Below are positions 29,143-38,258 of a stretch of 64,000 bases of DNA, piece by piece. How positions within the stretch are numbered: the first letter of the stretch is position 1; each line of letters opens with the position of its first letter. Source of the stretch: a bacterium (lineage in GTDB: Bacteria; UBA8248); contig OY843592.1 in the NCBI GenBank assembly GCA_963692865.2, forward strand, positions 1,088,001 through 1,152,000, read 5' to 3'. The notes under the pieces were generated by a model. That model worked only from the letters and a program-made list of their open reading frames with translations. It searched no databases and was not told the DNA's origin. The position numbers and the translations under genes are program-made.

Positions 29143-30156
29143 TCACAACACCCTTGAAACTTCATCGGAATCAAAGCGCCTGAGCGGAGAGGTTTCGCCG
29201 CCGCGCCGCATCATCACTCCCAATTCAGGCGCGCATAACTTGCCGATGCGAACGCCCATTGCACCCGTTGCAATGAGCGCTTCCCGAACGGTTTCCTCTC
29301 CTTCGGCTGGAACCGCCACCAAAAGCGCGCCCGACGTGATGACGCCCAGAGGGTCCAGACCCAAGGCTTCGCAAATCCTCCCTCCTTCCAGGGAGATGGG
29401 AATGCTGGCTTCTTCCACGATTGCCCCCAAACCCGCCGCTTCGGCCATTTCATGGACGCCCGTGGCGAGGCCGCCCTCGGTCGGGTCGTGCATGGCGCGC
29501 ACGCAGCCCGTTGCGGCCGCCGCCAGGGCTTGCGCCACCACGCTGATGCCGGGAGATTCGAGATACTTTTTCGCATTCTCGAGTATCTCGACATCCATGA
29601 CGTTTTTGAGAGAATCGTATTTCGCATCCGCAAGAATAGCCGTTCCCTCGACGGGTATGGGGCGCGTAAGCAAAATAAAATCATTCACTTGCGCGCCCGC
29701 GCCGCGTATCAGATTCTCCTTCGACACTTCTCCCAGCATGTGGCCCGAGAGGATCGGAAAATCCAGGCCCGCCGTAATCTCCGTATGTCCGCCGCACAAG
29801 GTGACGCCCAAATCGGCGCAGGCATCTTCCACCTCTTTCCAGATACGGCTTGCCATCGCCTCATCGGCGCGTCCTTCCGGCAGAAGCAGGGTCATCAGGA
29901 ACCACAGCGGGGCAGCGCCCATACAGGCGACGTCGTTCGCGTTCACGTGTACGGCGTAGCGTCCGATATGATGCTCCACGAACGTGACGGGGTCCGATTT
30001 CGCGACGAGGTAACGATCTCCCATGTCGATGACGGCCGCGTCTTCCCCCACCTGCGGACCCACGACGAGGCGCGGGTGAGAAGCCGCGTTCTTGAGCAGA
30101 GCGCCCAGCACGTCCGGCGGAAGCTTGCCCACGGGAAATGGAGACCTGTTGACCAT
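29143..30156 (-). CDS. AIR synthase (PurM/HypE/ThiL/SelD superfamily) related protein
   Basis: GKLP, GEDAAV, KSDP, VNANDVACMGA, GGHTE, HDPTEGGL and SGALL motifs; start at MVNRS inferred. Confidence 0.85.
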   Translation of the reverse strand: MVNRSPFPVGKLPPDVLGALLKNAASHPRLVVGPQVGEDAAVIDMGDRYLVAKSDPVTFVEHHIGRYAVHVNANDVACMGAAPLWFLMTLLLPEGRADEAMASRIWKEVEDACADLGVTLCGGHTEITAGLDFPILSGHMLGEVSKENLIRGAGAQVNDFILLTRPIPVEGTAILADAKYDSLKNVMDVEILENAKKYLESPGISVVAQALAAAATGCVRAMHDPTEGGLATGVHEMAEAAGLGAIVEEASIPISLEGGRICEALGLDPLGVITSGALLVAVPAEGEETVREALIATGAMGVRIGKLCAPELGVMMRRGGETSPLRRFDSDEVSRVL

Positions 30157-30223
30157 ACTCTTACCCTGGGGAGGAGGCTCCATCACGTCAAGCCGGATAC
30201 CCGGAGCGCAAGGCGTTTTCATG

Positions 30224-30252
30224 TTGACGCCCGGGTTGGGGCGTTCTAGAAT
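30224..30252 (+). promoter_or_regulatory. Sigma70-type promoter, probably for tRNA-Phe
   Basis: TTGACG-17 bp-TAGAAT about 100 bp upstream of the tRNA. Confidence 0.65.
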
Positions 30253-30349
30253 CCCGTCTTCCCGGTAAAGGCATGGAAACGCTCGCCTTTCCGGGAACAT
30301 GAGCCGATACGGAACAACCCCTGGTTGCCTGTCGATTGCTCCACATACT

Positions 30350-30425
<76 letters not shown>

Positions 30426-30443
30426 GAAATCCTCTCGTTCGCG

Positions 30444-31007
30444 TCAATCTGAATCCGTGACTCCCTCCAGTTCGATGCCTTTTCCGTTCAGTTCGACGGT
30501 GCTCGTGAGCGGAACCGCCGCCTGTACCATCTGCTCGGCGTAACAGCCCTGTTTCGCCAACCGGATGATGTTCAGGATTTTCTCTTCCGAATCGCTCGAT
30601 TCCACCTTGAAATGCGTCCGCACCCTCCGGCACCCCGAGTTCACGTCGCCCCTGAGGACGGAACCTTTCAGGAAGTAATCGAATTCCACGCGGCAGGCGG
30701 CCTTCTCGAAGGTCGTTTTCGTCATCTGGGCGTACCGCCCGAGCTGGGTCAGGAGTCAGAAGCCGACCCCCATGGCGATGTACGTGAGAGGCTGCGGGTA
30801 CCTGTCTTCCCCTCCGATGCGGGGAGGCTCGTCGCTGAACACCTCGAAATGCCGGAATCGCCCGATCTTGAGCTGGCCGTCGTCCATCGTTTCCGTCTCT
30901 GCGAGCATGGTGATCTCGTAACCGTCTTTCGGAAGTTCGGGCTTGTCGATCGGCCGCTCGCCGGGCGCGGTGCTCTCATGCCAGGGATAATTGATGCTCT
31001 CCACCAT
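30444..31007 (-). CDS. OsmC/Ohr-like protein with in-frame UGA (probable selenocysteine), 187 aa
   Basis: ORFs 30756-31007 and 30444-30725 are in one frame joined by a single TGA: DEPPRIGGEDRYPQPLTYIAMGVGF-U-LLTQL...AKQGCYAE. Confidence 0.85.
30726..30755 (-). promoter_or_regulatory. Bacterial SECIS-like hairpin
   Basis: After the UGA: CUCCUGACCCAG-CU-C-GGGCG-GUA-CGCCC-AG; a G-first apical loop 20 nt downstream of the UGA. Confidence 0.65.
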
Positions 31008-31074
31008 GTTCGTCAGTCCTCCAGGGTTTGGGTGCGAATGATTTTATTCCCATAAGTGATTGTTTATATGGATA

Positions 31075-31746
31075 TTATTCCCATTTCAACACAAGCAAAT
31101 AGCCTTCTTGCGGAATCCGGACGAGCGGTTCCAGACGCTCCTCTTTCTTGTGCATCTGGATGGTTTTGAGGTGCGCGTACGCCTCCCAGAGCATGTGGCG
31201 GAACGTGTATTCGAGGTTGAAATGGAACAGCTCCGTATCCTCGGGGTCGATCCACACGCCGGTGCGGTGGGCCTTGAGGGTCACGTTCTCGCGCCACCTG
31301 CGCACGTCCTCGCCGGTTCCGGGCCGCATCATGCCGCGCGGCGCGCGCTCCGTGATATGCCTTCCGTCCCGGATGGACTCGGTCGTCTCCGCTCCCAGCG
31401 CCTCCCAGGCGAGGGCGAACGAATCCCGCATGGCGCCGATAAGGTCTTGAATTTGCGGGTAATACGCCTCTTTCATCATCCGCCCGTCGAAGCGTTCGAG
31501 CAACGCCTCATCGCGCGGGAGCGCGTCGCCGAAGAGGATGGCCCCCCAGCGAACGAGCAGCCACCGGTAGGGCAGGGACGCCACGTGGCTCACCTGGTCG
31601 CGGATCGACCACAGGCCCCAGCTCTTCTCCTCCCTCGTTCTGCGCAGCGCCTCCTCGGAGAGGCCGTCGGTCTCTATCCCATATAAATCAGCGACTTGCG
31701 GGATTTCCGGGAAAAGCGCGCGCGCCGCGTTTCCTCGCATTTGCAC
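31075..31746 (-). CDS. DinB/YfiT-like protein
   Basis: WSIRDQVSH and RHMLWEAYAHL His pattern; GGAGG 10 nt before GTG 31746 (alternative ATG at 31740). Confidence 0.6.
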   Translation of the reverse strand: MQMRGNAARALFPEIPQVADLYGIETDGLSEEALRRTREEKSWGLWSIRDQVSHVASLPYRWLLVRWGAILFGDALPRDEALLERFDGRMMKEAYYPQIQDLIGAMRDSFALAWEALGAETTESIRDGRHITERAPRGMMRPGTGEDVRRWRENVTLKAHRTGVWIDPEDTELFHFNLEYTFRHMLWEAYAHLKTIQMHKKEERLEPLVRIPQEGYLLVLKWE

Positions 31747-31824
31747 GTTCCGGGCTCCTCCGCTCCGGTGTATATTTCGCCTCGTTCCCGGCCTGAACCG
31801 GGCCTTCAAAACCTTCAGAAAAAC

Positions 31825-31880
31825 ATTGTGAATTTATCGAAAAACCCCGTCAATTTATACAATTTTATACATATTTTCAG
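31825..31880 (-). promoter_or_regulatory. Sigma70-type promoter overlapping the 49-bp repeated element, facing the DinB-OsmC genes
   Basis: Minus strand reads TTGACG-17 bp-CACAAT, preceded by tandem GTATAAA(A)TT units. Confidence 0.55.
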
Positions 31881-31978
31881 AAATTCGATATCCGGTTCGA
31901 TTTCCTTGAGCAGCGCCACCATACCCGACTCCGGACTCCGCCGCCACGGGCAAATGCGGAATCAATCCCGACCGAGGA

Positions 31979-32259
31979 GGGGTTGTTGAAAAAGTCCTGA
32001 TTTCTAGATTTGTCGTATATAACCGACCGACGAGAGAGAAAAACCACTCCCCCCTTGAGGGTCGGTCTCCCTCGGGGAAGACCGACGGTGAGGGGAGCTT
32101 TTCATTCAGAACCGTCCCCCTACTGAATCGGCCTTCGCACAAACCGCTCGGCCTCTTCGTCGGGCTTTCCCCTCGGGAAGCCCGACCCTCAAGGGGGGAG
32201 TGAAATTCAAAAGCGTGCGCGCAACCAAAATCGCTCTCCAGGGGTTTTTCAACAGCCCC
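31979..32259. mobile_element. MITE-like element A (281 bp)
   Basis: Ends GGGGTTGTTGAAAAA / TTTTTCAACAGCCCC; GAGGA directly repeated on both flanks; no transposase. Confidence 0.75.
32045..32202. repeat. Palindromic repeat unit with 21-bp terminal inverted repeats, nested inside element A
   Basis: CACTCCCCCCTTGAGGGTCGG ... CCGACCCTCAAGGGGGGAGTG with internal hairpins; second copy at 35430-35794. Confidence 0.85.
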
Positions 32260-32496
32260 GAGGAGGGGGGTAGGGGGGTTGCCTTTATCCTCCGATAAAG
32301 CGGCCGGGGCGGGCCGCGCCTATGGGGTTTTCACGTCAAAGGGGCTTTTCCGCAGTCCCTCCCCACTCGGAAGAATTCCTCCTTCTTCAGTCGGAATTCA
32401 CCCCCATTTCATGGACAAACGACGCGCGGGCGTGTAGATTGACGGCGCGTTCATCGGCTCATCGTTTTCTCGGTTCTCTTTTCTTGGGAGTACGTC

Positions 32497-34791
32497 ATGG
32501 CGGAAGCCAAAGACATGGGCGGCGCCGTGATCGGCGAGTCCCTGCCCTTTCTGGACGACCCCGAAAAGGCGGCGGGCGCGGCGGATTATCTCGACGACCT
32601 CCGGCTTCCGGGGATGCTGGCCGGCAAGGCGCTCCGCAGCGAACACGCGCACGCCGAAATCGTATCGGTCGACCCGCGCGAGGCGCTGCGCGTCCCAGGC
32701 GTCGTCTCCGTGCTCACGGGAGGCGACCTGCCGGACCATCCCTGCATCACCGCCCATGACCGGGCCATGCCCGTCATCGCCCACGACCGGGTGCGCTACA
32801 CGGGCGAGGTGGTCGCCTTGGTTGCTGCGGAAACGCTCGAGGCGGCCGAGGCGGCGACGCGGCTGATAAAGGTCGAATACCGGCCCCTGCCCGTCGTCTC
32901 CTGTCCGCGCGAGGCGATGGAAGAGGGCACCGAGGTCATCTTTTCCGGCGGGAACGTGCTCAACCAGTCGAAGATACGGAAAGGGGACGTCGAGGAGGGT
33001 TTCGGGAAGGCCGACGTTATTATCGAGAACGAATACTCGACGCCCTCCGTCGACCACCTCTATCTCGAAGTCGAGGCGGCCTGCGCGAGCCCGAACCCGG
33101 GCGGCGGAATCCAGATATGGGGCTCGACCCAGCAGCCCTTCCTGGTGCGGCAGAACGTCGCCCGGATACTGGGCCTCAGGGGCGAGAGCTCGGTTCGGTT
33201 CGTCCAGACGACCACCGGCGGGGCATTCGGCGGGAAGAGCGAGGCGAGCCTCGACGTGTGCCTGCGCGTCGCCGTCCTCGCCCGCGCCGCCGGCAGGCCG
33301 GTGAAGCTCGTCTACTCGCGCGAGGAGAGCATGATCGCCTCCACCAAGCGCCACGCCGCGTTCATCCGCTCCAAAACCGGGGCGGCGAAGGACGGACGCC
33401 TGGTGGCCGTCGAGGTCGAAGTCTGGCTCGACAAGGGGGCGTACGTGGCCAACGGGGGGGACAACCCGCCCGCCTTCAAGCGCGCGACCTACCACGCCGC
33501 GGGCCCCTACCAGGCGCCCAACGTGAAGGTGGACGTCCACTGCGTGCACACGAACCACCCCTACGGGGGCCAGATGCGCGGGCCGGGGTGTCCGCAGGTG
33601 CACTTCGCGGGCGAGCAGCAGATGGACGCGCTCGCCGGGGCTTTGGGGATGGACCCCATCGAGATCAGGCGCGTCAACGGGCTGCGGGTCGGAACACGTA
33701 CGGCCTGGAACCAGCATCTGCCCGAGAGCGTCGGTTTCCTCGATACGCTGAGCGAGGTGGAGCGGGCCTCATCCTGGGGAAGCGAGGGGAACGGAAGAGC
33801 CGCGGACGGCCGCCTGCGCGGGCGCGGCGTGGCGAGTTGTCTCTACGGCACGGGCAACGCCTACTCCCCGGCGGAGGCGCACGTATTCCTCACGGCGGAG
33901 GGCAGGGTGCAGGTGGCGGCAGGGGTCGTGGATTTCGGCCAGGGCAGCAAGACGGTGCTGTGCCAGATCGCCGCCGAGACGCTGGACGTCCCCTATTCCG
34001 AGTTCCTGATGGAGAGCGTGGACACCGCCATCGACCCGTTCGGCGGCACGAGTTCGAGTTCGCGCATCACCATGCAGGGCGGAAAGGCGGTCTACAACGC
34101 CGCCGTCAAGGCGCGGGAGGAGTTGCTGCGCCTCGGCGGTATTCTGCTGGAGGCGGACCCCGAGGATCTGGAGCTTCGCGGCGGCGTGGTTCGCTCGCGC
34201 TCGCATGCGGAAACCCGGATCACGCTCGCCGAGATAGCGAAGGCTTATGTCGCCGATGAACTCAAGCAGATCGGCGCCGCGGACAACATTCCCCCGCCCG
34301 CCAAAACCGACAAGGAAACCGGCCTGGGCGAGCCGTATGAGATCTACGGGTTCGGCAGCCAGGTGGCCGAGGTGCTCGTGGACGAGGAGACGGGCGAGGT
34401 GGAGGTCACCGGCGTCTGGGCCGCGCACGACGTGGGCCGGGCCATCAGCCCCATGGGCGTGGAGCAGCAGATCGAGGGCGGCGTCTACATGGGCATCGGC
34501 TTCTGCATGATGGAGGAGGTCGTTCAGCGCGAGGGCCTGATGCAGAACCCCGACATGCACGGCTACCTCGCGCCCACCGTGGAGGACGTGCCGGACCGGG
34601 TGGCGTCCCTCATCGTGGAGGACGCCTACTCGAACGGCCCCTACGGGGCGAAGGGCGTCGGGGAGCAGGTGACCGTGCCCACCGCCGCCGCCATCGCCAA
34701 CGCGATTCACGACGCCACGGGCGTCCGGTTCCACGACCTGCCCCTGACGCCGGACAGGGTAGCGATGGCGCTCCTCAAGGCGCGGGCGTAG
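32497..34791 (+). CDS. Xanthine dehydrogenase/aldehyde oxidoreductase family molybdopterin-binding subunit
   Basis: GGAFGGK, MRGPGCPQ, GQGSKT, GGTSSSR and GAKGVGE motifs. Confidence 0.92.
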   Translation: MAEAKDMGGAVIGESLPFLDDPEKAAGAADYLDDLRLPGMLAGKALRSEHAHAEIVSVDPREALRVPGVVSVLTGGDLPDHPCITAHDRAMPVIAHDRVRYTGEVVALVAAETLEAAEAATRLIKVEYRPLPVVSCPREAMEEGTEVIFSGGNVLNQSKIRKGDVEEGFGKADVIIENEYSTPSVDHLYLEVEAACASPNPGGGIQIWGSTQQPFLVRQNVARILGLRGESSVRFVQTTTGGAFGGKSEASLDVCLRVAVLARAAGRPVKLVYSREESMIASTKRHAAFIRSKTGAAKDGRLVAVEVEVWLDKGAYVANGGDNPPAFKRATYHAAGPYQAPNVKVDVHCVHTNHPYGGQMRGPGCPQVHFAGEQQMDALAGALGMDPIEIRRVNGLRVGTRTAWNQHLPESVGFLDTLSEVERASSWGSEGNGRAADGRLRGRGVASCLYGTGNAYSPAEAHVFLTAEGRVQVAAGVVDFGQGSKTVLCQIAAETLDVPYSEFLMESVDTAIDPFGGTSSSSRITMQGGKAVYNAAVKAREELLRLGGILLEADPEDLELRGGVVRSRSHAETRITLAEIAKAYVADELKQIGAADNIPPPAKTDKETGLGEPYEIYGFGSQVAEVLVDEETGEVEVTGVWAAHDVGRAISPMGVEQQIEGGVYMGIGFCMMEEVVQREGLMQNPDMHGYLAPTVEDVPDRVASLIVEDAYSNGPYGAKGVGEQVTVPTAAAIANAIHDATGVRFHDLPLTPDRVAMALLKARA

Positions 34792-34872
34792 TCGCGGGCG
34801 TTGCTTGGGAAAATCCGCCCTGGGAGGGATTGTTGAAAACCTCTCGTGCATCGCTTTTACCCCACCTGACAA

Positions 34873-35149
34873 GAGGCTGTTGAAAAACCTGACCCTTGGA
34901 GCGAGCTCCGTGTTCCATCATTCCGTATTCGGAATGTAGGGGCCGCATATCATGCGGCCCGCCTTGTGGAGGCGAAAGTCAGGGTCGCATGATATGTCAG
35001 ACATATATGTCTGACCTACATACCCTCTTGGAAGACGACCGCAGGGGTGCTTCGTGAAGCGCCCGTTTTTTTCCGGGAGGGCCGTTCGCGAACGGCCCCT
35101 ACGGGTAAAACGTGGTTAATCCGAGAGGGGCAGGTTTTTCAACAACCCC
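34873..35149. mobile_element. MITE-like element B (277 bp) carrying GTAG-type REP doublets
   Basis: Ends GAGGCTGTTGAAAAACCTG / CAGGTTTTTCAACAACCCC; GACAA duplicated at 34868-34872 and 35150-35154. Confidence 0.8.
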
Positions 35150-35226
35150 GACAAGGGGAGGTAGGGGGGGGTGGTTTTCATGCAGGGGGCGGTTTTCCTG
35201 CGTCCCGAGCAACCCGCCATACCAGC

Positions 35227-35360
35227 CTCACCCTGAGTAGCGGCGAAGCCGCGTATCGAAGGGGCCTGTCCTGATCTGGTCGAAGGGCGAAGTCCGCGCC
35301 CGCCGGAGAGATGCTCCCCCCATCCTTCGATATGGCGCTTACGCGCCTACTCAGGATGAG
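35227..35360. repeat. REP-like inverted doublet
   Basis: CTCACCCTGAGTAG..GTATCGAAGG ... CCTTCGATAT..CTACTCAGGATGAG inverted arms. Confidence 0.7.
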
Positions 35361-35429
35361 GGTTTGGAGCCGGCCGGGGAGGAGGGTTTGCGTAGGGGCG
35401 GGCCTCCGTGCGCGCCCGCTTTTGAATTT

Positions 35430-35794
35430 CACTCCCCCCTTGAGGGTCGGTCTCCCTCGGGGAAGGCCGACGGTGAGGTGAGGGGGCTTTCTCCCCGAAA
35501 CCGAACCGGTGGGGGGACATGCCACAGAAAGAGCTCCCCCCACCGAATCGGCCTTCGCCCAAGGGCTCGGTCTCTTCGTCGGGCATTCCCCTCGGGATGC
35601 CAGACCCTCAAGGGGCTGTTGAAAAAGCCGGAGAGAGACGATTTGTTTGTAGGGGTCGCATATCATGCGACCCTGACTTTCGCCTCCACAAGGCGGGCCG
35701 CATGATATGCGGCCCCTACAAAAACCGTTCCTCCCCGGTCGCGTAAAACACTCGTTGATCAGGACTTTTTCAACAACCTCCTCAAGGGGGAGTG
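35430..35794. repeat. Second copy of the CACTCCCCCCTTGAGGG palindromic unit, interrupted by element C
   Basis: Colinear with 32045-32202; the right arm CCCTCAAGGGGGAGTG is split by element C. Confidence 0.8.
35612..35780. mobile_element. MITE-like element C (169 bp) carrying a GTAG-type REP doublet
   Basis: Ends GGGGCTGTTGAAAAAG / CTTTTTCAACAACCTC; CTCAA duplicated at 35607-35611 and 35781-35785. Confidence 0.8.
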
Positions 35795-35907
35795 ATTCAG
35801 CCCGACAACAAGGCAAGGACGAGAGCCGCAGCCGTACTGGTGGGGGCTGCATCTTCGATCGTCGCGTCCCGGAAGCGCGGCGGCGCGGGAGAGATGACCC
35901 CGCCCCG

Positions 35908-38187
35908 TCAATCCTTCCGGTCGAGCGCCATCAGCAGGGTCGGCAGAAGCAGGAAGTCGGCGAGGAGCGCGAAGCTGATCGTGATCGCCACCATCAGGCC
36001 GAGCGCCCAGCTGACCTCGAACCCCGATGTGGCGAACACCAGAAAACCGAGCGTCAGGACCGCCGTCGTGGTCCACAGGGCATGGCCCACGGTGCGGAAA
36101 ACGGCGCGAACGGCCTCGGTCGCGGAGAGGCCCTCCCGGCGGCTTTTCAGGTACTTGCTCAGGAAGTGGATCGTGTCGTCCACGATGATGCCGAAGGCGA
36201 TGGCGGTCATCACGGAGCCTGCGAGACCCACGCGGCCGACCAGGTGGCCCCACAGGCCGAAGGTCATGGCGGCGGGGATGAAGTTGGGCACGAGGCTGAT
36301 GAGGCCCAGCCGCACGTTCTTGAAGACCAGGATTAAAATCAATGAAATAAGAGCCATGGCGATGATCGTGCCGCGCAGCATGCTGTGGATGTTCCTGAGC
36401 GTGAGGTGCGCGAAGACCATGGTGATGCCCGACGCCTCGGCGGCGAATTCGGGTATGTTGGCGCGCAGCCAGGCCTGGGCGCGCTCGTCGAAATCGCGCT
36501 GGTCCCTGGAGGAGAGGCTGCGGATCACGACGGTCATGCGCGTCGTGGATTTCGCGACGTCGATGCGGTTGTTGAGGTCCATCCCGAACGGGAGGGAGAA
36601 CTCGTAGAGCAGCAGGTATTGCGCGGCGAGCTTGGGGTCGTCGGGAATCTTGTAGAAGGCCGGGTCGTCGCCGTGCATGTTCTTGTTCAGGCGCTTCATG
36701 ATGTCCGGGAAGGCCCGCACGTGGCTCACCTTGGGCTGCTTCCGGCACCATTCGGCGAAGGCCTCGACTTTTTTCAGGTATTCAGGGTCGGTGATGCCGC
36801 CTTCGCGCCCGGACTTGAGGGAGTATTCCAGCGAATCCAGGCCGGTCAGGTTCTCGAAGACGAAATCCGTGTCGCGCCGGAACTGGTAGCGCTCGTCGAA
36901 GTAGTGCGCCCACCGCTCGGTCAGTTCGTTGCGGGGAATACCGCTGATGAGAACAAGCGTCAGAACCGCGACGAACGTGAGCACAAGCGCACGGCGTTCG
37001 ACGACGAAGTCGCCCAGGCGATCGAAAATGGAGGATTTCTCGGGTGAAATCCGGCGCGCGCGCAAGGGCAGAATCGAAAGCAGCGCTGGCAGCAGCGTCA
37101 TGGCGTAGACGAAGGAGAACAGCACGCCGAGCGCCACGAGATTGCCCAGGACGTGAAAGGGCGGCGAGTTCGAGGTGTTCAGGCTCAGGAAGCCGATGGC
37201 GGTCGTGAGCGAGGTCAGGAACACCGGCCAGGCGTTGTTCCGAAGCGATTCGGCGATCGACGCGTTCTTGTCGAGCCCGCGCCCCATGCCCAGCAGGGTG
37301 GCCGTGACGATGTGAACCGAGTTCGCGACGGAGATCGCCATGATGATGATCGGCACGCCGGAGTTGGTGGGGCTGAACACCGCGCCCAACCAGCCTGCGA
37401 TTCCCAGGGTGTTCATCAGGATGAATACGATGGAGACGACGATGGCCAGCGTGCCCATGACCGAGCGCAGAAGAAGCGCGGTGGTGATGATGATCATGAG
37501 GAACACGAGCGGCATCAGCGTTTCCAGCTCTTCTTTCGTGACGTCGGCGAAGGCGCGGTGCATGATGACGTCGCCGGTCAGGTAAAAAGCGACCTTCGGG
37601 TATTTCGCGCGGGCCTTGTCGAGAACCGCGTTCAGGTAATCGCTTATGTCGATCACCGCCTTGTCGAGGTCCTCGGGCAGGATGAAGGTGATCGCCAGCC
37701 CGCCCACGCGCCCGTCACGGGAGACGAGGCGTCCGGCGATTTCCCTGGCGCCCAGCGCGGTTTTCCGGATTCGCGCGAGGTCGGCGTCTGTAAGCGCGCT
37801 CGCGTCGTCTACGAGCGGCTCGACGATCAAATCGTCCCCCTCCGCGCGGCTGTGGTTGTAGTTCGTGAGGGAATCGACCCGGCTGGAGTGAGGCGCCTTC
37901 CACGCGGCTTGGGTCAGTTCCTCGATCGCGCCGAGCGCCTCCCTGGTGAACACCGAACCGCCTTGGGGCGCTGCGGCGATGAGCGCGGTGTCGGACGTGG
38001 AGAAGGTTTTCTCCAGCGCCCGGAAGGCGGCGAGCTGGGGGTTGTCTTCGCCGAACATGATGCGGTAGTCGTTCGTTGTCTTGATGAAGCGCCCGCCCGC
38101 TCCCGTGATGAGCAGGAGCGCTACGGCCAGCGCGACGACCGGCCACCGCCGGCGCAGAACGGCGTCGATGTAGCGGTCCAGTTGCAC
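35908..38187 (-). CDS. MMPL/RND-family transporter (copy 1)
   Basis: Two-repeat 12-TM pattern; TSLTTAIGF and FGIIVDDTIHF motifs. Confidence 0.9.
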   Translation of the reverse strand: MQLDRYIDAVLRRRWPVVALAVALLLITGAGGRFIKTTNDYRIMFGEDNPQLAAFRALEKTFSTSDTALIAAAPQGGSVFTREALGAIEELTQAAWKAPHSSRVDSLTNYNHSRAEGDDLIVEPLVDDASALTDADLARIRKTALGAREIAGRLVSRDGRVGGLAITFILPEDLDKAVIDISDYLNAVLDKARAKYPKVAFYLTGDVIMHRAFADVTKEELETLMPLVFLMIIITTALLLRSVMGTLAIVVSIVFILMNTLGIAGWLGAVFSPTNSGVPIIIMAISVANSVHIVTATLLGMGRGLDKNASIAESLRNNAWPVFLTSLTTAIGFLSLNTSNSPPFHVLGNLVALGVLFSFVYAMTLLPALLSILPLRARRISPEKSSIFDRLGDFVVERRALVLTFVAVLTLVLISGIPRNELTERWAHYFDERYQFRRDTDFVFENLTGLDSLEYSLKSGREGGITDPEYLKKVEAFAEWCRKQPKVSHVRAFPDIMKRLNKNMHGDDPAFYKIPDDPKLAAQYLLLYEFSLPFGMDLNNRIDVAKSTTRMTVVIRSLSSRDQRDFDERAQAWLRANIPEFAAEASGITMVFAHLTLRNIHSMLRGTIIAMALISLILILVFKNVRLGLISLVPNFIPAAMTFGLWGHLVGRVGLAGSVMTAIAFGIIVDDTIHFLSKYLKSRREGLSATEAVRAVFRTVGHALWTTTAVLTLGFLVFATSGFEVSWALGLMVAITISFALLADFLLLPTLLMALDRKD

Positions 38188-38258
38188 GAGAGTTATCGCC
38201 TCCCCCTCACGGGCCGGGCGTGGACAGGCTGTTCGGCGTGCGCCATATCACAGGCCGC

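Noticed and set aside
29143-30156. Calling the PurM-like gene selD or hypE
   Set aside because: It lacks the SelD N-terminal Cys/Sec-x-x-Lys motif and the HypE C-terminal PRIC.
30444-31007. Treating the OsmC-like locus as two genes or a nonsense pseudogene
   Set aside because: The single TGA falls at the catalytic Cys position, both halves are intact and in frame, and a SECIS-like hairpin follows.
31979-35800. CRISPR array suggested by GTTGAAA-like ends
   Set aside because: The repeats are inverted pairs with target duplications, not regularly spaced direct repeats; no cas genes.
35047-35852. ORFs across the repeat mosaic
   Set aside because: Translations of palindromic repeats with no protein features.
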